In this document: in pieces, positions 28,055 to 36,863 of the stretch | How the letters are laid out: the number at the start of each line of letters is the position of its first letter | Position numbering within the stretch: position 1 is the stretch's first letter | Source: a virus | Lineage: Duplodnaviria > Caudoviricetes | Reading direction: 5' to 3' (one strand) | DNA: 50,294 nt | IMG/VR virus record: IMGVR_UViG_3300022927_002093 | Span: 1-50,294 of that record | Notes under the pieces: model-generated | Database searches by the model: none | What the model was told of the DNA's origin: nothing | Seen by the model: only the letters and a program-made list of their open reading frames with translations | Made by a program: the position numbers and the translations under genes

Positions 28055-28454
28055 TTTCTTCGGGTTTTGATGTGATTAATGAGAATTCATCTAAATCAAA
28101 TTTAAGACCTTTTAAACTATCTAATTTTTGTTTTTCAAAAATGTTTTTTAATTCTTGGACTTTATCCTTAAATAGTTTTTCTTTTTCTTCTCTCTCTAAA
28201 TTTGTTTTTATGATTGTATTAACTACATTCTCGACTTTATCTATAGATTGTTCATCAAAATTAGTGACAAATGAAATAATAATTTTATCAGGTTCCTGAG
28301 TATTATCATTTTTTATAACCTCAACATCTTTTGTTTGTTGTTTGGTAATGGACCAGTACTTTGAAAATTCCATGTCAAAACTAACATACTCTTTTATCAC
28401 TCGTACTGACTTAAGGTATTTTCCAGTTGACTCTATAAAATCAAAATACTTCAT
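27975..28454 (-). CDS. Hypothetical protein
   Basis: 159 aa ORF. Confidence 0.75.
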   Translation of the reverse strand: MKYFDFIESTGKYLKSVRVIKEYVSFDMEFSKYWSITKQQTKDVEVIKNDNTQEPDKIIISFVTNFDEQSIDKVENVVNTIIKTNLEREEKEKLFKDKVQELKNIFEKQKLDSLKGLKFDLDEFSLITSKPEENGQGSTEGNGEVEVREEEKSEESQTT

Positions 28455-28648
28455 GTAACACTATTAATGATTAAAGTTGTTATGAAAGAAATACACAATC
28501 CATAATATAACAAAGAGATTCTTTCTAACTCAAATGGTTTTGGTGGTGTAGATAGTAGAGCTCGAATAAATTTAATTAATAAATTTATTATAGACAGTGA
28601 CGCAAACACTGCAATAAAAGTTACTATATGGTTTGTTAGTTCAATCAC
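28451..28648 (-). CDS. Small two-TM membrane protein
   Basis: Two hydrophobic segments; GTG start. Confidence 0.65.
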   Translation of the reverse strand: MIELTNHIVTFIAVFASLSIINLLIKFIRALLSTPPKPFELERISLLYYGLCISFITTLIINSVT

Positions 28649-28650
28649 AA

Positions 28651-28824
28651 TTATCCTTTATTTCTTTCTTCTAAGATTTCTTTTCTTAATTCTTGTAGAA
28701 GATTTTTAAGTTCTTGAGCCTGTTTTCTAGCTCTTGTACCTGCTGATTTATTTCCTCCGTAGAATTTTCCTGTGTCAACAGACAAGGTCTCAACCAATGT
28801 CTTAATTTGTTCTAATGTTTCCAT
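28651..28824 (-). CDS. Histone H1-like (Hc1 family) protein, 57 aa; absent from ORF track
   Basis: KFYGGNKSAGTRARKQAQELK matches the Hc1 GNKAAGTRARK core. Confidence 0.8.
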   Translation of the reverse strand: METLEQIKTLVETLSVDTGKFYGGNKSAGTRARKQAQELKNLLQELRKEILEERNKG

Positions 28825-28900
28825 TTTTATAAATTTTTGTTTTATTTATTTTTTAAAAAACTAATTTTTTTACCTTTATAGTAAATAGATAACAACTTTT

Positions 28901-29386
28901 TTATATTTGTAAAGACCTCTCAAGTGTTTTGTAAACATCAGTAAACATTTCTAAATCTGATTTACTAGTAGGTCTTTTTCTATTAAAAAGTTGCTTCATA
29001 AAATCGTCTAACGCTTCACGCATTAATTCGTCCTCTTGATTATAAAATACTTCAAAAAAGAATTCTTTAAAGTATTCATAATCATCTTCTGAAAATTTGA
29101 ATGTTATATTTTCTTTTTTAAAGTTATCTATTGTTTTCTCCCAGCACCATTTATAATGTTTTACTTTATCTTCTTCAGTCATCCCAATTCTTGTCTCGTT
29201 GGAGTCGTGGTGACTGTCACCTAAATAAGTACTTCTTATCAAATAATAAAATGAAAAACAATAATCTTTAAATAAATAAGTTAGCTCTGGAATTATGTTG
29301 TGAGTCATATTCCATACTTGTACGTCTTCTTGTTTCATGGGTTCTGAAAGCCATTTAAAGAATTGGTCCGGGTTATATCTATTCAT
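28901..29386 (-). CDS. Hypothetical protein
   Basis: 161 aa ORF. Confidence 0.75.
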   Translation of the reverse strand: MNRYNPDQFFKWLSEPMKQEDVQVWNMTHNIIPELTYLFKDYCFSFYYLIRSTYLGDSHHDSNETRIGMTEEDKVKHYKWCWEKTIDNFKKENITFKFSEDDYEYFKEFFFEVFYNQEDELMREALDDFMKQLFNRKRPTSKSDLEMFTDVYKTLERSLQI

Positions 29387-29431
29387 AATAGAATTATAAC
29401 ACGGACCAATAAAAAATGAATGATATTTAAA

Positions 29432-31384
29432 TTATTGTGTTTTGTAATTGTGAGAAATGAGATTTTTCATTCTTTCTAAATCTTCATTAATTTTGTTTTG
29501 TTTTTTATCCTCTTTTGATTCACCTAAGTCCATAATATCTTTATGTGTTTTATCACCCGCTAAATCATAGACCGGTTGTGGTGCCTTCTCATACGACTGA
29601 TTCTTAAGTTTGTTAAGGATATCCAACTTTCTTCTTTTATTAACTTTTTCATTAGCGTCTGTGGCAACCGCGTTAGCGTATTCCTGACTGTTACCTGTTT
29701 CTGAAGAACCCATAATATTTTTTTCTAACCATTCTTCATCAGGTTTAATTTGGTCATAAGCTAAATTTTCCATTCCACCGGAACGTGACACATTATCAAT
29801 AAACTCTTCAACACTATCAGATGGTGTATATGCCATTTTTTCCATTTTCTTTAACTCACCGTTACCTTTTGGGAAATCAGTAGGACTCTCATTGAACTCA
29901 CCTTCAGAACCATCTTTTAAGTAATCTTTAAACTTCTTCATAAGTTCTTTGTGATACTCTTTAGTTTCTTTCTCTGAAGTCTTCATTGCCTTATTTTGTG
30001 ATGTTACTCCTTGAATCTTCCCTCCACCTGATATCTTTTGTTCTTCAATAATCTTTTCAATAAGGTCAATCATCTCCTCCTCACTTAATTGTATAGATTC
30101 TTTTACTGATTTGTCACATTCACAAGATTCTTTATCTTCATCAGACCAACCTTCTACGGTTTTTCCGTCAAACCCTTCAATTTCAGCACCATTACCACCT
30201 TTACACCCTGCTTTACATCTTGCGCCAGTAAATGCGTTTTGTTCATCTATTTCCTCTTCTCCCATTTCCTTACGTTGTTTAGCGATGTCGGAATATACTC
30301 CAATAACCTCAGATTTTCTTCCGTCAAATTCATCTCTTTCCTCTTTTCTTCTTTTAGCTATTTCATAATACTCTTCCATTTCATCTATTTCACCTGAAAC
30401 GGCTTCAGTAATTTTTTTGGCTTTCTTAGTGACTTCCTCGGATAGTACTTTATCTACTATTCCATCAATCATATTTTCAATTTCTTTATTCATATCGGTA
30501 CTTTTATAATAAATATTAGTGTTTTCTAAAATAACACCTTTTATGTAATCTTCATTTAATTTATGTCTTTTTGAAATATTTTTTATAGCCTCATTGACTA
30601 AATTATTTTCGAAGAATTCAAGTGCTTTAATATCTCCCTGGTTACAATAAGGGAATTTTTTACACTTATCTTTTATCTTAACAAAAGTACTACCTGGTCC
30701 TCCTAATTTAGGGAATTTAGGGTCTTTTACTGACCTTAACTTACTATAGACACTCTTTGGTGTGTCAATCTGTAATGGGTCTTTCCTACCCCCTCCTATA
30801 GGTGCATCATACGCACCTACCGATGCTGATGTTGTTGCTTCTTTTGCCTCTATTTTTTCTAATTTATCGTAGTAATCTAAATCTTCATAGATGTGGTCCA
30901 ATGCAATTTCTAAAGCTATTGACATTTCTGAAGTATGTTCCTTTTCTATATTAACACCATCACTAACTTTATTAATTAACTTATCTATAGTAGTGTCGTG
31001 GTGTTTGGCTAAATCTTTTAAGGTCATTCCATCTGCCAATCCTCCTGGTATTTCATCTTCATTTACAGGACCTCCTTTAGGTTTTGTAAGTTTAGTTTCT
31101 GTATCTGGTTGAAAAAGGTTATTTTTCTTTACTTCACCAAAAAGTGGTGCCGAGTATGCTCCTGATGAACCCGCACCTGTCGCTTCTGTAGACTCTCCGT
31201 TTTCTAACTCTTCAAAAAATTCGTCATACTCTTCTTCACTTACCTCTCGTTGCATTTTTGTTATACTAGTCAACATATTACTTATGTCTTTACTATCACC
31301 CAAACCTCTACTAGAAAACTGACCAAGTTCTTTAGTTCCAGCATCTTTCATTGCCTTCTGCATCATATCTTTAATATTATTCAT
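29432..31384 (-). CDS. Acidic multi-motif protein with DUF5661-like segment, putative virion/head protein (start revised from 31432)
   Basis: GVNIEKEHT..IALDHIYEDLDYYDKL; repeated EATxxxSxGAYxAP; TAATG coupling at 31384. Confidence 0.7.
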   Translation of the reverse strand: MNNIKDMMQKAMKDAGTKELGQFSSRGLGDSKDISNMLTSITKMQREVSEEEYDEFFEELENGESTEATGAGSSGAYSAPLFGEVKKNNLFQPDTETKLTKPKGGPVNEDEIPGGLADGMTLKDLAKHHDTTIDKLINKVSDGVNIEKEHTSEMSIALEIALDHIYEDLDYYDKLEKIEAKEATTSASVGAYDAPIGGGRKDPLQIDTPKSVYSKLRSVKDPKFPKLGGPGSTFVKIKDKCKKFPYCNQGDIKALEFFENNLVNEAIKNISKRHKLNEDYIKGVILENTNIYYKSTDMNKEIENMIDGIVDKVLSEEVTKKAKKITEAVSGEIDEMEEYYEIAKRRKEERDEFDGRKSEVIGVYSDIAKQRKEMGEEEIDEQNAFTGARCKAGCKGGNGAEIEGFDGKTVEGWSDEDKESCECDKSVKESIQLSEEEMIDLIEKIIEEQKISGGGKIQGVTSQNKAMKTSEKETKEYHKELMKKFKDYLKDGSEGEFNESPTDFPKGNGELKKMEKMAYTPSDSVEEFIDNVSRSGGMENLAYDQIKPDEEWLEKNIMGSSETGNSQEYANAVATDANEKVNKRRKLDILNKLKNQSYEKAPQPVYDLAGDKTHKDIMDLGESKEDKKQNKINEDLERMKNLISHNYKTQ

Positions 31385-31632
31385 TATTTGACATTTTTTA
31401 GTGATGGTTCCCAAAAACTTCTTCTGGTCCACATAATTTTATAGAATTCTTTCATAACTTTAGTAACAATCTCATTAACATCTTTTTGGATTTTACCTCT
31501 CCTAATTTCGTCTCTAATTTTATCAGTTATTTTATTTTCAAACTGTCTTAAGGTATTTGAATCCAAAAAGTTTCTAACTTCGTTTCTAACGATAGTCTCA
31601 ATTTGTTGTATGTCGGAATTACTTAAAGCCAT
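31384..31632 (-). CDS. Hypothetical protein
   Basis: 82 aa; TATTTAT at 31641-31647. Confidence 0.75.
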   Translation of the reverse strand: MALSNSDIQQIETIVRNEVRNFLDSNTLRQFENKITDKIRDEIRRGKIQKDVNEIVTKVMKEFYKIMWTRRSFWEPSLKNVK

Positions 31633-31647
31633 TTTTAATTATAAATA

Positions 31648-32262
31648 TCACTCACTCATTATTTTCCAATGCACACTACCACCTAATGAAAAATTATTAT
31701 TATTATCAGTACCAATACCAACTAAAAATAAGTTACCTTTTTTTGTTCTCATAGAACCTTCGAGACCCATCCAAGTATATTTATTCATTGTTGTTCTAAC
31801 TCCAAGACCTGCGTAAAATTCTCTTTCGTTAACTTTTTCGATTAAATTTACTGTCTTTATTGGTATTTCTATATCAATTTTAGGTTTACGATATATAATC
31901 TCGTTTTTGTAGATAGTATCTTCTAAAGTTAAAAATCCTATAGTATCTATTTTAATTGTATCTATATAGACATATTTTTCTAAGTAATTTTGAATAATAG
32001 ACAGTGAGTCTACCTCAATTAATTTTTCTATCTTAATAGTATCCTTTACTACTTTAGTTCTCCATTTAGGTACAATAGTTTCTTTCGTTACTGTAACTGT
32101 GTCTGTCTGTATAATAGTTTCAACTATTTTTTTAGGTTCTATGTTAATGGTTTCAACTTGCTCACCACTACATTTATTAAGTAATATTATAATAATTACT
32201 AGTATTGTAATTATAGTACTTTTAACTCTTTCTATTAAAGATTTTTTACTGTTAGATTTCAT
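31648..32262 (-). CDS. Membrane-anchored protein, possible lysis accessory (spanin-like)
   Basis: N-terminal TM, DTV/DTI repeats, beta-rich C-terminus; near the amidase gene. Confidence 0.5.
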   Translation of the reverse strand: MKSNSKKSLIERVKSTIITILVIIIILLNKCSGEQVETINIEPKKIVETIIQTDTVTVTKETIVPKWRTKVVKDTIKIEKLIEVDSLSIIQNYLEKYVYIDTIKIDTIGFLTLEDTIYKNEIIYRKPKIDIEIPIKTVNLIEKVNEREFYAGLGVRTTMNKYTWMGLEGSMRTKKGNLFLVGIGTDNNNNFSLGGSVHWKIMSE

Positions 32263-32833
32263 CTACCGGATTAGTTTTCTTCCTTTGAGCGAGAACCTTA
32301 GCCCACTTGGATTTAAACTTATCGTAAAAGGAAGTTAGTTTGTTTATTAATCCCACTAAATCCTCATCTAATTGTATCATATCCCCGTTGAGGTATACCC
32401 CGTTTTTTTCTCCTATAGAAAAATAAAATTCAACGTCCTCATCTATAACTCTACCTGACCAATCAACATTTTCAGGGTATAAATTTAAAACTCCGAAATC
32501 TGATAAATCTGAAACTTCATTTACAAAATCATCCATTGTCTCCTGAAATGACATTTTTTCATCTGTGGATAATTCTAAATCTGTCTTGTCTTTACCATGT
32601 AGCGTAATAACCCCACCTGAAACTCTATAAGATTTACTCTTATCTTCTTGTGGTTCTGTATCCAATTCTATTTCTTCCTCAGTATCCGCAGCTAAATTAT
32701 CTGGTTTAATATCCATTTCTTTTATTAAACCTTTTTCAATTAATGTTTTTCTAGATTCATTTACTTCATTAGTATGAAGCATATTTCTACTATTCTTTAG
32801 TAGTTTTTTTATTTCGTCGTATTGGTTACTCAT
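32252..32833 (-). CDS. Hypothetical protein
   Basis: 193 aa; TATTTAT at 32848-32854. Confidence 0.75.
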   Translation of the reverse strand: MSNQYDEIKKLLKNSRNMLHTNEVNESRKTLIEKGLIKEMDIKPDNLAADTEEEIELDTEPQEDKSKSYRVSGGVITLHGKDKTDLELSTDEKMSFQETMDDFVNEVSDLSDFGVLNLYPENVDWSGRVIDEDVEFYFSIGEKNGVYLNGDMIQLDEDLVGLINKLTSFYDKFKSKWAKVLAQRKKTNPVDEI

Positions 32834-33422
32834 GGTTTTCTTTTTCTATAAATATATCGAAATCAAAAGCAGGATTTAAATCTGTATAATCTGTATCACA
32901 ATTACTTCTTGTGATAATACCGTTATATTTTTCAACTTTTTCTACTTTTACATTATGACCCAAACTATTTTTTGGTATGTCGTATTCTTCACAAATTAAA
33001 TCAATAAGTTCTATTAAACTTTTATTTTGCTCTTTTGTATATGGTTGCCAAAAATGATGACCCCTCCACTTTCTTTCATACACCTCTCCGTTGAACTCGT
33101 TACCAATCCAATTTACATAGTTGTTTTTTAGTGGATTTTTCCTTAGCCATCCCAAATTTTCTAACACAATTATAACAGAATTTTTATTGTGGTATGTTGT
33201 GTCTAAATAATCACCATATGTATTAGCTGGTATTATATTGTATATTTTACCATCTCTGTCTATTATAAAATGTGGTAATTTCTTATTTTCTCCATTGTAC
33301 CTATACTTCAATGATGACATATAGTCAATTATATTTCTAGATGTGTGTGAAAGTACAATTTGTTTTTTTCGTTTAAACCTACCTGTAGGTTTAAATCCAC
33401 CAATAGTATTAATTAGAGTCAT
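32826..33422 (-). CDS. N-acetylmuramoyl-L-alanine amidase-like (Amidase_2) protein
   Basis: QIVLSHT, HFIIDRDGKIY, LENLG, YTKEQ..SL..LI..IC..YDIP, DLNPAF. Confidence 0.75.
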   Translation of the reverse strand: MTLINTIGGFKPTGRFKRKKQIVLSHTSRNIIDYMSSLKYRYNGENKKLPHFIIDRDGKIYNIIPANTYGDYLDTTYHNKNSVIIVLENLGWLRKNPLKNNYVNWIGNEFNGEVYERKWRGHHFWQPYTKEQNKSLIELIDLICEEYDIPKNSLGHNVKVEKVEKYNGIITRSNCDTDYTDLNPAFDFDIFIEKENHE

Positions 33423-34539
33423 CTCTTTTTTTGTAGACTAATCTTTTATTGTTTTTTTGTTGTTCTATAATAACAGGTTCTATAATATCTGTATCATCGA
33501 CAATTGGTTCTTCCTCTTCTTCTACTATTTCCTCTTCTTCTTCTACTATTTCCTCTTCTTTAGTCTCGTATATTGTTATATCACCATCGACAGTTTCAAC
33601 TTCAAATTTCAATGATGAAATAACTTCTTCATCTCTTATTAATTTTTCTTTTGGTTCCCTGATTTCTTCTTCAACTACATTAATGATAGTTTTTTCCTCT
33701 TCAAAGTCATCACTTTTTTTATTTTTTGAATTTAAACTAAACATAAAGTTAGCCGCAATCACTAAAGAAATTGCTAATGGGTCAAACACAAAAATTATTA
33801 GTAGGAGTAAATAATTTATAATCTCATCCATTGGTTTTCCTGTTAATCCACTGATGTATTTTAAGGGTCCGAGTTCACTTCCAACTTCACTACTAGTACT
33901 TACTTCCACAATTTCAGTCTCGTACTCAAATAACTTTTCATTAAGTACATCAACTTTATTATTAATTTCTGTTTGTCTTTCTATTGCTTGGTCTAATTGT
34001 TTTTCTAACGCCTTTCTATTTGATGAAGAAGTAGTTGTTATAATCTCACCTGTTTCCCTATCCCGATACTGTATTTTATTATTAGAAAGTCCTTCTCTTA
34101 AATCAGCAACTGCTGTATTGATTGAGGATTTTTCCTCGTTATAAATTTCTAACTGTCCTTTTACGTTATCTCTTTTTGTTTCAATTAAAGCAATCTGTGA
34201 ATCTACACTACCCGCTAAGGACGCGGTTTCTTGGTATGCCGCAGATAAAAATCCGTATATACCCATAGATGTTATAAATACAAGTACTATTGCCGCGGTT
34301 GTTAGATAAAATTTAAGTATTTTATTTAACTGTTCCCAGTATTGATATAATAGAGATGCTATAACAAGTTTAGCTATCTCTAATGATGATGCCATAATTA
34401 ATACTTCAAAACTAGCACCTGCGAACAATTTACTCAATCCAGTAACTGAGTAAAATGCCGCAGATAAACTAACTGATAGTGCGGAAAGCGCAACTATAAA
34501 AGGAAATATAAGTTTTTTTAATTCACTAAAAAATTTCAT
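33409..34539 (-). CDS. Multi-TM coiled-coil membrane protein with acidic tail
   Basis: Three N-terminal TMs, coiled coil, ELGPLKY..IIFVFDPLAI. Confidence 0.8.
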   Translation of the reverse strand: MKFFSELKKLIFPFIVALSALSVSLSAAFYSVTGLSKLFAGASFEVLIMASSLEIAKLVIASLLYQYWEQLNKILKFYLTTAAIVLVFITSMGIYGFLSAAYQETASLAGSVDSQIALIETKRDNVKGQLEIYNEEKSSINTAVADLREGLSNNKIQYRDRETGEIITTTSSSNRKALEKQLDQAIERQTEINNKVDVLNEKLFEYETEIVEVSTSSEVGSELGPLKYISGLTGKPMDEIINYLLLLIIFVFDPLAISLVIAANFMFSLNSKNKKSDDFEEEKTIINVVEEEIREPKEKLIRDEEVISSLKFEVETVDGDITIYETKEEEIVEEEEEIVEEEEEPIVDDTDIIEPVIIEQQKNNKRLVYKKRDDSN

Positions 34540-34575
34540 TTAATTATTTTTGATACCTATAAATAGCTAAGGATA

Positions 34576-35388
34576 TCATAAATAATCAAAAAGTGAACCG
34601 CTCTCATTTCTAAGCTTCCTTAAAGCTTTTTCTTTAATTTGTCTTACACGTTCTTTAGTTAAACCAAAATCATTACCGATTTCTTCAAGAGTTTTTGGTG
34701 TTCCTGACATACCATAATAATCTTTTACAATTATTTTTTCTCTATCATCTAAAGTAGACATGATAGCCGACAATCTACCACTAAGAGCATCACCATTATT
34801 AAATTTAGCGTCGGGTCGTTCTGAATTTTCATTTTCAATAAGGTCAATTAGTGTATCACCCTCATCGTTAATGTGATTATCTAAACCTGTGGTCTTAGGT
34901 AATGATGTAAATCTATTACTCAATTCACCACCGGTTTTTTGAATTTCTTTTTTAGCTTTGTGTAAGTCTTGAACAACGTTAACCGGAAGTCGAATTGTCC
35001 TTGAGTTTTCGTTGAGAGATTGTAGAATTGACTGTTTAATCCACCACACAGCATATGAAATGAATCGTAGGTTCTTTGACCAATCAAAGTTTTTAATTGC
35101 CTTCATGAGTCCATAATTACCTTCAGCGATTAAGTCACTTAAGTCCAAACCTTGGTTCTGATACTGTTTAGCAACAGTAATAACAAATCGTAAGTTACCT
35201 TCTAACAGTTCTTGGTAAACTTCTTCTTTCTGTCTTTCTGTGCAGTTATCAGATAAGATTATTTTAGCGAGTTCTTTTTCTCTCGCAGGGGTCATAACCT
35301 TAATTTTACGGATATCTCTAAGATACATTTGTATCTCGTCTTGATTAATAGGATTTGTAGACATTAAATTAATTTTTTGAGTATTCAT
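34576..35388 (-). CDS. RNA polymerase sigma-70 factor (RpoD/SigA-like, Bacteroidota type)
   Basis: NLRFVITVAKQY, DLIAEGNYGL, FISYAVWWIKQSI, LTKERVRQIKEKALRKL. Confidence 0.93.
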   Translation of the reverse strand: MNTQKINLMSTNPINQDEIQMYLRDIRKIKVMTPAREKELAKIILSDNCTERQKEEVYQELLEGNLRFVITVAKQYQNQGLDLSDLIAEGNYGLMKAIKNFDWSKNLRFISYAVWWIKQSILQSLNENSRTIRLPVNVVQDLHKAKKEIQKTGGELSNRFTSLPKTTGLDNHINDEGDTLIDLIENENSERPDAKFNNGDALSGRLSAIMSTLDDREKIIVKDYYGMSGTPKTLEEIGNDFGLTKERVRQIKEKALRKLRNESGSLFDYL

Positions 35389-35962
35389 CTAGTATTTGCT
35401 TTTCAAAGTTGGTTAATGAATCGAATCCATTATCTTGTATTTTATCAAGTATGTCATCGATTGTTGGTTTTTGTTTTGGGTCTTTATTAGAAACTTTTAA
35501 CATGATGTTTTCAAACATCTTATCCATATCTTCCTCAGACAACATGTCTTCAGGCATTAATGAAGAGGCGATGTTAAATATAAATTTGTCTAATATATTA
35601 ACATCAGGCTTTTCTTTATTTTCTTTATCTTCAAAGTTATGATTTTCTTCATTTAAATCAAAAAGATTTAACTTCATTTCGGGTGGCATAAAAGCATACA
35701 TAGCGTTAGGTACTTCCATTAAAAAGTATTGGTCTACTGCCTTTTCCAACACAATATGAATATTGTCTCTTAGTTGATAAAAGTTATATTCACTTTGGAA
35801 ATTCATGACCACTCCATAGTCTCCGTAGTTGTACTTTACGTATGTGTCAGGGTCAGTAAATGTTGATATTTGGATAGCTATTAATTCTACTATTTTATCT
35901 TTATCTTTATAATTTCCATATATAAAAATCATATATTGTTTAGGTTCTTGTTTTTGTACCAT
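35369..35962 (-). CDS. Hypothetical protein with C-terminal DUF6576-like motif
   Basis: IDDILDKIQDNGFDSLTNFEKQIL. Confidence 0.7.
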   Translation of the reverse strand: MVQKQEPKQYMIFIYGNYKDKDKIVELIAIQISTFTDPDTYVKYNYGDYGVVMNFQSEYNFYQLRDNIHIVLEKAVDQYFLMEVPNAMYAFMPPEMKLNLFDLNEENHNFEDKENKEKPDVNILDKFIFNIASSLMPEDMLSEEDMDKMFENIMLKVSNKDPKQKPTIDDILDKIQDNGFDSLTNFEKQILDEYSKN

Positions 35963-36005
35963 AGGTATGTTGTCTTATATCAATATTTATCGTAAAGTTA
36001 GTTTT

Positions 36006-36398
36006 TTAAAGTTCAACTTCAAAACGATTTTTCATCCTTTCTACTGATGAGGATGGAACATTATGAACATTATCTCCATTATGTCGATTTTCAACGACCA
36101 AACTATGTACCATATATCCGTTGTCTTCAGCCATTTTTAAATAAGGACTCATCTCCCATTTTTGAGTAAACGTATTAGAAACAACAATTTTACTCACTTC
36201 TTCACTCATCCACTCACTAACCATTTCCTGACACCATTTGTGTGCATCTGGCAACATAGAAGGGTCAAAAATATATTCATCATCTACTGTAAAGTACATG
36301 TCGGCTTCAATATTATAACCGTTAGGGTTAATCGATTCTGCAATGGTGCTCTTACCACTACCAGGGAGTCCTCGAAGGAGAAACAATTTTTTATCCAT
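36006..36398 (-). CDS. P-loop kinase (AAA_33, polynucleotide-kinase-like)
   Basis: LLRGLPGSGKST, EADMYF, VSNTFT, HNVP. Confidence 0.88.
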   Translation of the reverse strand: MDKKLFLLRGLPGSGKSTIAESINPNGYNIEADMYFTVDDEYIFDPSMLPDAHKWCQEMVSEWMSEEVSKIVVSNTFTQKWEMSPYLKMAEDNGYMVHSLVVENRHNGDNVHNVPSSSVERMKNRFEVEL

Positions 36399-36509
36399 TT
36401 TCTTTTTTAATTTTAGAAAGTTTATTTACCCTTTCTTGTTTTTTTTTCTTTTCATATTCTTCACGACTTTTCCAATCTCGGTCCATTCTAATATATACCT
36501 TATTATCCA

Positions 36510-36812
36510 TCATGCAAATTTTACTTCAGTATTAACACTGTGTACGACTTTCTTAACACTATCTTCATTAATCATACTAATGATTCTCTGAGTAAATTGA
36601 CTTTTAGTCTCTTCGTACTCATTCTCAACAGGAAGGTAAGACCCACCATAACGATAACCAATCTGAAGATTAGATAAAGACAACGGTGTTCCTGTACTCG
36701 ACCAACCTGAATAGTATCTATACTCAATAGAACCTTCATTAAGGTAACAAATGAGTGTGGACTTATTTCCCATTGAACATTGAAGGTGGAGGTGACAAAT
36801 TTTCTCTGACAT
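36510..36812 (-). CDS. Hypothetical protein
   Basis: 100 aa ORF with its own promoter. Confidence 0.65.
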   Translation of the reverse strand: MSEKICHLHLQCSMGNKSTLICYLNEGSIEYRYYSGWSSTGTPLSLSNLQIGYRYGGSYLPVENEYEETKSQFTQRIISMINEDSVKKVVHSVNTEVKFA

Positions 36813-36831
36813 TTTTATTTCGTTTGTTTTA

Positions 36832-36863
36832 CAAATATAGGTATAAAGTTTTAACTCACCAAA
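36832..36863 (-). promoter_or_regulatory. Bacteroidota sigmaA-type promoter
   Basis: TTTG-N20-TATATTTG. Confidence 0.75.

Noticed and set aside
33509-33560. Short tandem repeat encoding EEEIVEEEEEIVEEEEE
   Set aside because: Ordinary low-complexity acidic tail
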